A stretch of 13,260 nt of DNA from Candidatus Methylomirabilia bacterium (lineage in GTDB: Bacteria > Methylomirabilota > Methylomirabilia > Rokubacteriales > CSP1-6). Made by a program: the position numbers and the translations under genes. Below the pieces are notes generated by a model. The model made no database searches, was not told the DNA's origin, and worked only from the letters and a program-made list of their open reading frames with translations. Below are positions 7,624-13,260 of the stretch, one piece after another (positions within the stretch are counted from its first letter, which is position 1; the number at the start of each line of letters is the position of its first letter). Location: assembly GCA_041497895.1 (NCBI GenBank), contig JBGQHJ010000132.1, positions 1 through 13,260 of the forward strand, written 5' to 3'.

Positions 7624-9234
7624 GTGAACACGGTCTTCGAGGCGTTCATGGTCACCGCCGCCGCCGCGCCCGACCACGCCTTCCTCTGCGCGACGCCGGC
7701 GCCCGATCGCGCGTACCATCCGGACGGCGTCGAGCTGACCTACGCCGCGGTGCGGAGCGAGGTGCTGCGACGGCGCGACGCCTACGCCGCCGCCGGCTAC
7801 GGCCACGGCCACCGGATCGCGCTCCTCTTCGAGAACCGGCCCGAGTTCTTCTTCCACTACCTCGCCGCGAACGCGCTCGGCGTCGGCGTCGTGCCGGTGA
7901 ATCCCGACTACCGGCACGACGAGCTGGCCTACCAGCTGGAGCACTCGGAGGCGGACCTGGCGGTCTCGGTGCCCGAGCGCGTGGGCCCGCTCCAGGCCGC
8001 GGCGCGCGAGCGCGCCCGGCCGCTGCCGGTGGTGGACGCCGGCGCGTGGCCCGCCGCGCTGCCGCGTCCGGGCCCGGCCCCGCGCCGGGGCGCGCCGGGG
8101 CTCGACAGCGAGTGCGGGCTCCTCTACACCTCCGGCACCACCGGCCGGCCCAAGGGCTGCGTGCTCAGCAACTTCTACTACCTGAACGCGGGCGCCTGGT
8201 ACCGCGGGCTCGGCGGCCGGCTCGCGATCGAGCCGGGGCGCGAGCGCTTCCTCAATCCGCTCCCGCTCTTCCACATGAACTGCCAGGCGGTGACCGCGAC
8301 GTGCGCGATCCTCACCGCCGGCTGCTTGATCCTTCCCGAGCGCTTCAGCCCGCGCCGCTGGTGGCCCGACGTGGTGGCCACGCGCGCGACCGTCATCCAC
8401 TACCTGGGCGTGATGCCGCCGTTGCTGCTGAACCAGGCGCCCGTCCCGGAGGAGACCGCGCACCGGGTGAAGGCGGGCCTCGGCGCGGGCGTGGAGCCCG
8501 AGCTGCACGAGGCCTTCGAGCGGCGCTTCGGCTTCCCCCTGGTCGAGGTGTGGGGGATGACCGAGACCGGGCGCATCTTCTCCGACTGTCACGAGCCGCG
8601 CGCCATCCACACGCGCGCCTTCGGCCGCCCGCACGGACGTTTCGAGGCGAGGGTGGTGGACGAGCACGACCGCGAGGTTCCGCGCGAGACCGAAGGGGAG
8701 CTGCTCGTGCGCTGGGGCGGACCGGAGGGCCCGCGCCACGGCTTCTTCTCCGGCTATCTCAAGAACGCGGAGTCGACCGCGGAGGCGTGGCGCGGGGAGT
8801 GGTTCCACACCGGCGACGTGGTCCGCCAGGCCGCCGACGGCATGCTCGTGTTCGTCGACCGCAAGAAGAACATCATCCGGCGCTCGGGGGAGAACATCGC
8901 GGCCGCCGAGGTGGAGGCGGTGCTCCAGGCCCACGAGGCGGTGGCCCAGGTGGCGGTGCTCGCGGTGCCGGACGAGATCCGCGAGGAGGAGGTCATGGCC
9001 TGTGTGGTGGCCATGCCGGGGGCGGTGCCCGGACCCGCCCTCGCGCAGCGGCTGGCCGACCACTGCCTCGCGCGCCTGGCCTACTTCAAGGCGCCCGGCT
9101 GGGTGCTCTTCGTCGACCGCCTGCCCACCACCGGCACCCAGAAGGTGCAGAAGGCCCAGATCTTCCCCCGGGGCGAGGACCCGCGCGGCCGCCCCGGCGC
9201 GGTGGACCTGCGCGGTCGGAAGAAGCGCGGCTGA
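7624..9234 (+). CDS. AMP-forming acyl-CoA synthetase/ligase (ANL superfamily, CaiC-like), 536 aa
   Basis: P-loop LYTSGTTGRPKG, LPLFHMN, EVWGMTETG, WFHTGD, FVDRKKNIIRRSGENI and LPTTGTQKVQK. Substrate cannot be determined from sequence. Confidence 0.92.
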   Translation: MNTVFEAFMVTAAAAPDHAFLCATPAPDRAYHPDGVELTYAAVRSEVLRRRDAYAAAGYGHGHRIALLFENRPEFFFHYLAANALGVGVVPVNPDYRHDELAYQLEHSEADLAVSVPERVGPLQAAARERARPLPVVDAGAWPAALPRPGPAPRRGAPGLDSECGLLYTSGTTGRPKGCVLSNFYYLNAGAWYRGLGGRLAIEPGRERFLNPLPLFHMNCQAVTATCAILTAGCLILPERFSPRRWWPDVVATRATVIHYLGVMPPLLLNQAPVPEETAHRVKAGLGAGVEPELHEAFERRFGFPLVEVWGMTETGRIFSDCHEPRAIHTRAFGRPHGRFEARVVDEHDREVPRETEGELLVRWGGPEGPRHGFFSGYLKNAESTAEAWRGEWFHTGDVVRQAADGMLVFVDRKKNIIRRSGENIAAAEVEAVLQAHEAVAQVAVLAVPDEIREEEVMACVVAMPGAVPGPALAQRLADHCLARLAYFKAPGWVLFVDRLPTTGTQKVQKAQIFPRGEDPRGRPGAVDLRGRKKRG

Positions 9235-9266
9235 CTCGGCGGGCGCGGCCCCGCTCGGGCATGCGC

Positions 9267-9272
9267 TACAAT
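9267..9272 (+). promoter_or_regulatory. Putative -10 element (TACAAT) giving a leaderless metH transcript
   Basis: tgcgcTACAATcgacggcATG: 5/6 match to TATAAT, 7 nt before the metH ATG, with no SD upstream. Confidence 0.65.
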
Positions 9273-9279
9273 CGACGGC

Positions 9280-12200
9280 ATGACCCTTCCCGAGCGCTCC
9301 GCGCGCCTGGCCCAGGAGCTGCGTCACCGCATCCTGGTGCTGGACGGCGCCATGGGCACCATGATCCAGGCGCGAGGACTCTCCGCGGCCGACTTCGGCG
9401 GGCCGCAGTACGAGGGCTGCAACGAGAACCTGAATCTCACCCGCCCGGACGTCATCACCGACATCCACGCGGCCTATCTCGAGGCGGGCGCGGACCTGGT
9501 CTCGACCAACACCTTCGGCTGCGCGCCCTACGTCCTGGGCGAGTACGGCCTCGCCGAGCGCTGCCACGAGATCACGCTCGCCGCCGCGCGGCTCTGCCGG
9601 GCCGCGGTGGACCGGGTCTCGACGCCCGAGCGGCCGCGCTTCACGATCGGCGCCATGGGGCCGGGCACCCGCACGATCACGGTCACCGCCAACGTCACCT
9701 TCGAGGAGGTGCGCGACGCCTACTACCGTCAGGCGCGCGCGCTCATCGAGGGCCGGGTCGACGCCCTCCTGCTCGAGACCTGCCAGGACACCCTCAACGT
9801 CAAGGCGGCCGCGATCGGGGTGCGGCAGGCCATGGCCGAGGCCGGCGTCGAGCTGCCGCTCATGGTCAGCGGCACCGTCGAGCCCATGGGGACGATGCTG
9901 GCCGGGCAGGGGGTCGATGCCTTCTACGCGTCGATCGAGCATCTGGCCCCGTTCTCGGTCGGGCTCAACTGCTCGACCGGTCCCGAGTTCATGACCGACC
10001 ACCTGCGCACGCTCGCGGACCTCGCCACCTGCTTCGTCTCGGTGTACCCGAACGCGGGGCTGCCCGACGAGCACGGCCACTACGAGGAGACCGCGGAGAG
10101 CCTCGCCCTCAAGATGCGGCGCTTCGTGGACGAGGGCTGGGTGAACGTGGTGGGCGGCTGCTGCGGCACGACCCCGGCCCACACCCGGGAGCTGGCCCGC
10201 CTGGTGGCCGGACGGCCCGCGCGCCGGCCCGCCGCGGCCCTCGCCCCCGCGGTCAGCGGCGTCGAGGCGGTCTACCCGGCCGACGACGTGCGACCGGTCA
10301 TCGTGGGCGAGCGGACCAACGTGATCGGGTCGCGGCGCTTCAAGGAGCTCATCGTCGAGGAGAAGTTCGAGGAGGCCTCCGAGATCGGCCGGGCCCAGGT
10401 GCGGGGCGGAGCCCAGGTACTCGACGTGTGCCTGGCCAACCCGGACCGGGACGAGGCCGCCGACGTCGACCGCTTCATGGACTTCGTCACCCGCAAGGTC
10501 AAGGCCCCGCTGATGATCGACTCGACCGACGCGCGGGTGCTCGAGCTCGCGCTCCGGAAGTGCCAGGGCAAGGCCATCGTCAACTCCATCAACCTGGAGG
10601 ACGGCGAGGAGCGGTTCGAGCGGGTGGTGCCGCTGCTCCGCACCTACGGGGGCGCGGTGGTGGTGGGCTGCATCGACGAGGACAAGCAGCAGGGCATGGC
10701 GGTGACCCGCCAGCGCAAGCTCGCCGTCGCGGAGCGCTCCCACGAGCTGCTCACCGGCAAGTACGGCCTGCCCGAGCGCGACCTGATCTTCGATCCGCTC
10801 GTCTTCCCGGTGGGCACCGGCGACGCCAACTACATCGGCTCCGCGGTCGAGACCATCGAGGGCCTGCGGGCGATCAAGGCGCGGTTCCCGCACTGCAAGA
10901 CCATCCTCGGCATCTCCAACGTCTCCTTTGGCTTGCCCACCGCGGGGCGCGAGGTGCTGAACGCGGTCTTCCTCTACGAGTGCACGAAGGCCGGGCTCGA
11001 CTACGCCATCGTCAACAGCGAGCGGCTCGAGCGCTACGCCTCGATCCCCGAGGAGGAGCGCCGGCTCGCCGAGGATCTCATCTACTGGCGGGGACCGGAC
11101 CCGGTGGCCGCTTTCGCGGCCCACTTCCGCGGGCGCACGCGGGCCCCGAAGGACGCCGGCGCCCGGCTGCCCTTGGACGAGCGCCTCGCCCGCTACGTGG
11201 TGGAGGGCTCCAAGGACGGGCTGCTCGACGACCTCGCGCTGAAGCTCGAGGAGCAGAGCGCGCTCGACATCGTCAACGGGCCGCTCATGAAGGGCATGGA
11301 GGAGGTCGGGCGCCTCTTCAACGACAACCAGCTCATCGTGGCCGAGGTGCTCCAGTCCGCCGAGGCCATGAAGGCGGCGGTGGCCTACCTCGAGGGGTTC
11401 ATGGCCAAGGACGAGAGCGCGGCGCGCGGCACCATCGTGCTGGCCACCGTGAAGGGCGACGTCCACGACATCGGCAAGAACCTGGTCGAGATCATCCTCA
11501 AGAACAACGGCTACCGGATCGTGAACCTCGGCATCAAGGTGCCGCCCGAGGATCTGATCGCGGCGTACCACAGCCACAAGCCGGACGCGATCGGCCTCTC
11601 CGGCCTCCTGGTGAAGTCGGCCCAGCAGATGGTGGTGACGGCCCAGGACCTGCGCGCGGCCGGCATCGAGGTCCCGCTCTTCGTGGGCGGCGCCGCGCTG
11701 ACCCGCAAGTTCACCGCGACCCGCATCGCCCGCGAGTACGGAGGCCTCACCCTCTACGCCAAGGACGCGATGGACGGCCTCGACCTCGCCAACCGGCTCT
11801 TCGGCGCGACCACGCGCGACGCGCTGGTCGATCGCCTGCGCGCCGAGCAGGAGGCCCTGCGGGCCGGCGCCGACGTCGCGGAGGCCGCCCCGGCCCCCGC
11901 GCCGGCCGCCGGCCCGAGCCGCTCCGCGGTGTCCCGCACGGTGCCGGTGCCCACGCCGCCCGACCTCGAGCTCCACGTGCTGCGCGACGTGCCGCTCACC
12001 CACGTCTTCCCGTACCTGAATCTCCAGATGCTGCTGGGCAAGCACCTGGGCGTGAAGGGCTCGGTGGCGCGGCTGATCGGGCAGCGCGACCCGAAGGTGC
12101 TCGAGATCCAGCAGGTGGTGGAGGAGCTCGAGCGCCAGGCCGTCGAGCAGCGCATCCTGCGCGCGAACGGGCTCTACCGCTTCTACGAGGCCGCCGCCGC

Positions 12201-12735
12201 GGGGGACGACCTGGTGCTGTCGGAGGCCGGCCGCGAGGTCGCCCGCTTCCACTTCCCCCGCCAGCCCGGCGGCGAGCGCCGGTGCCTCGCCGACTATGTG
12301 CGCGATCAAGGGAGCGGCGAGAAGGACTACGTCGCGCTCTTCGCGGTGACCTGCGGCGCGGGCGTCCGCGATCTGGCCGAGCGATGGAAGGACGAGGGTC
12401 AGTACCTCCGCTCCCACGCGCTCCAGGCGCTCGCCATCGAGTCCGCGGAGGCGTTCGCGGAGATGCTACACGCGCGGCTACGCACCCAGTGGGGCTTCCC
12501 GGATCCGCCCGGACTCGATCTCCAGGAGAAGCTCAAGGCCCACTACCGCGGGCTGCGGGTCTCCTTCGGCTACCCGGCCTGCCCGAACCTCGCCGACCAG
12601 CGCATCCTCTTCGATCTGCTCCGACCCGAGCAGATCGGGCTCGGCCTGACCGAGGGCTTCATGATGGATCCCGAGGCCTCGGTCTCCGCGCTGGTCTTCC
12701 ACCATCCCGAGGCCAAGTACTTCAAGGCCGAGTAG
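9280..12735 (+). CDS. metH: Cobalamin-dependent methionine synthase, 1151 aa, all four modules present
   Basis: Homocysteine/Zn domain (LDGAMGT, LNCSTGP, YPNAGLP, GGCCGT), pterin-binding domain (GERTNV, IDST, NSINLEDG, GISNVSFG), cap and B12 domain (ATVKGDVHDIGKN, SGLL, GGAA) and SAM reactivation domain (RVSFGYPACP, PEASVSAL, HPEAKYF). Confidence 0.97.
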   Translation: MTLPERSARLAQELRHRILVLDGAMGTMIQARGLSAADFGGPQYEGCNENLNLTRPDVITDIHAAYLEAGADLVSTNTFGCAPYVLGEYGLAERCHEITLAAARLCRAAVDRVSTPERPRFTIGAMGPGTRTITVTANVTFEEVRDAYYRQARALIEGRVDALLLETCQDTLNVKAAAIGVRQAMAEAGVELPLMVSGTVEPMGTMLAGQGVDAFYASIEHLAPFSVGLNCSTGPEFMTDHLRTLADLATCFVSVYPNAGLPDEHGHYEETAESLALKMRRFVDEGWVNVVGGCCGTTPAHTRELARLVAGRPARRPAAALAPAVSGVEAVYPADDVRPVIVGERTNVIGSRRFKELIVEEKFEEASEIGRAQVRGGAQVLDVCLANPDRDEAADVDRFMDFVTRKVKAPLMIDSTDARVLELALRKCQGKAIVNSINLEDGEERFERVVPLLRTYGGAVVVGCIDEDKQQGMAVTRQRKLAVAERSHELLTGKYGLPERDLIFDPLVFPVGTGDANYIGSAVETIEGLRAIKARFPHCKTILGISNVSFGLPTAGREVLNAVFLYECTKAGLDYAIVNSERLERYASIPEEERRLAEDLIYWRGPDPVAAFAAHFRGRTRAPKDAGARLPLDERLARYVVEGSKDGLLDDLALKLEEQSALDIVNGPLMKGMEEVGRLFNDNQLIVAEVLQSAEAMKAAVAYLEGFMAKDESAARGTIVLATVKGDVHDIGKNLVEIILKNNGYRIVNLGIKVPPEDLIAAYHSHKPDAIGLSGLLVKSAQQMVVTAQDLRAAGIEVPLFVGGAALTRKFTATRIAREYGGLTLYAKDAMDGLDLANRLFGATTRDALVDRLRAEQEALRAGADVAEAAPAPAPAAGPSRSAVSRTVPVPTPPDLELHVLRDVPLTHVFPYLNLQMLLGKHLGVKGSVARLIGQRDPKVLEIQQVVEELERQAVEQRILRANGLYRFYEAAAAGDDLVLSEAGREVARFHFPRQPGGERRCLADYVRDQGSGEKDYVALFAVTCGAGVRDLAERWKDEGQYLRSHALQALAIESAEAFAEMLHARLRTQWGFPDPPGLDLQEKLKAHYRGLRVSFGYPACPNLADQRILFDLLRPEQIGLGLTEGFMMDPEASVSALVFHHPEAKYFKAE

Positions 12736-12747
12736 GCGAGCGTCCGC

Positions 12748-13260
12748 GTGCCGATCCTGATCCAGGCCGCCGGCGTCAGTCCCCGATTCCTCGATCTCCT
12801 CGCCCGCGAGCCGCTGCGGGACGGCCGCGTGCTCGACGTGGGCTGCGGCTCGGGCCGTCTCTCCCTCGCGCTGGCGCCGATCGCCCGCTGGGTGGTCGGC
12901 CTCGACCGCGACGCCGCCGCGATCGAGGAGGCGCGCCGGCGCGCCGCGGTGGCCGGGCTCGGCAACGTGGAATTCCACGAGGCCGACGTCGAGGCCGAGC
13001 CGTATTCTCCGTGGCACCCGGACCTGGTGACCGCGCACCTCTGCGCCTCGGACGCGATCATCGAGCGCGCCGGGGCCGCGCTCCGTCCCGGCAACGCCCT
13101 GGCCATGGTCGCCTTCCACGTGGACCAGTGGAAGGAGACCGGCCGGGTCTCGCGGTTCGCCTACGACGAGGCGCGCATGCGCACGGCTCTCGAGGAGCGG
13201 GGATTCGCGGTGGAGGCGCTCGAGGTCGAGCGCGAGGTGCGGCGCTTCGGATCCGTGGAG
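12748..13260 (+). CDS. Class I SAM-dependent methyltransferase, 3'-truncated (absent from the ORF track)
   Basis: Manual translation from the GTG at 12748: MPILIQAAGVSPRFLDLLAREPLRDGRVLDVGCGSGRLSLALAPIARWVVGLDRDAAAIEEARRRAAVAGLGNVEFHEADVE...PDLVTAHLC...ALRPG..., open to the window end (171 codons). Motif I VLDVGCGSG, acidic motif VVGLD. Start codon uncertain. Confidence 0.88.
   Translation, partial: MPILIQAAGVSPRFLDLLAREPLRDGRVLDVGCGSGRLSLALAPIARWVVGLDRDAAAIEEARRRAAVAGLGNVEFHEADVEAEPYSPWHPDLVTAHLCASDAIIERAGAALRPGNALAMVAFHVDQWKETGRVSRFAYDEARMRTALEERGFAVEALEVEREVRRFGSVE

Noticed and set aside
9235..9260. GC hairpin (gcggg...cccgc) after the ligase stop as a terminator or riboswitch
   Set aside because: The stem is short and imperfect, expected by chance at this GC content, has no U-tract and is too small for a SAM or cobalamin aptamer.
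11878..11925. Ala/Pro-rich repeat-like stretch in metH (AEAAPAPAPAAGPS)
   Set aside because: It is an ordinary flexible linker between the cobalamin and reactivation domains.
6919..12417. 1832-aa minus-strand ORF antisense to the ligase and metH
   Set aside because: Shadow ORF. The ligase and metH share a frame (starts 1656 nt apart) and strong GC3 bias removes stops from the in-register antisense frame. The translation has no recognisable motifs.
12733..12750. metH amber stop in frame with the methyltransferase, suggesting readthrough or pyrrolysine fusion
   Set aside because: MetH ends at its normal C-terminus (HPEAKYF-x-x-x), an in-frame neighbour has a one-in-three chance, and no recoding signal or pyl gene is visible.
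343..13119. Remaining overlapping track ORFs (e.g. 343..1542, 1820..2860, 3420..4730, 5312..7627, 12478..13119)
   Set aside because: They are alternative-frame or antisense shadows of well-supported genes, with no family motifs.

Overview
Very GC-rich (roughly 70% by eye), gene-dense bacterial chromosomal segment with no transposase, phage, CRISPR or RNA gene. In order: 3' part of ilvD (+); a perfect 53-bp pyrimidine/purine palindrome between converging genes; a minus-strand three-gene unit, in transcription order a xanthine-dehydrogenase/CoxL-family Mo-hydroxylase large subunit with no FAD or 2Fe-2S partner in the window, then hydantoinase/oxoprolinase B, then A; a 74-bp divergent control region; an AMP-forming acyl-CoA ligase (+); cobalamin-dependent methionine synthase metH (+) behind a probable leaderless promoter; and a class I SAM methyltransferase running off the end (missed by the ORF track). 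The best candidate for an undescribed system is the Mo-hydroxylase + ATP-dependent lactamase-like pair + CoA ligase module, which could oxidise, ring-open and activate an unknown N-heterocycle. The family calls are well supported; the pathway and substrate are inference.
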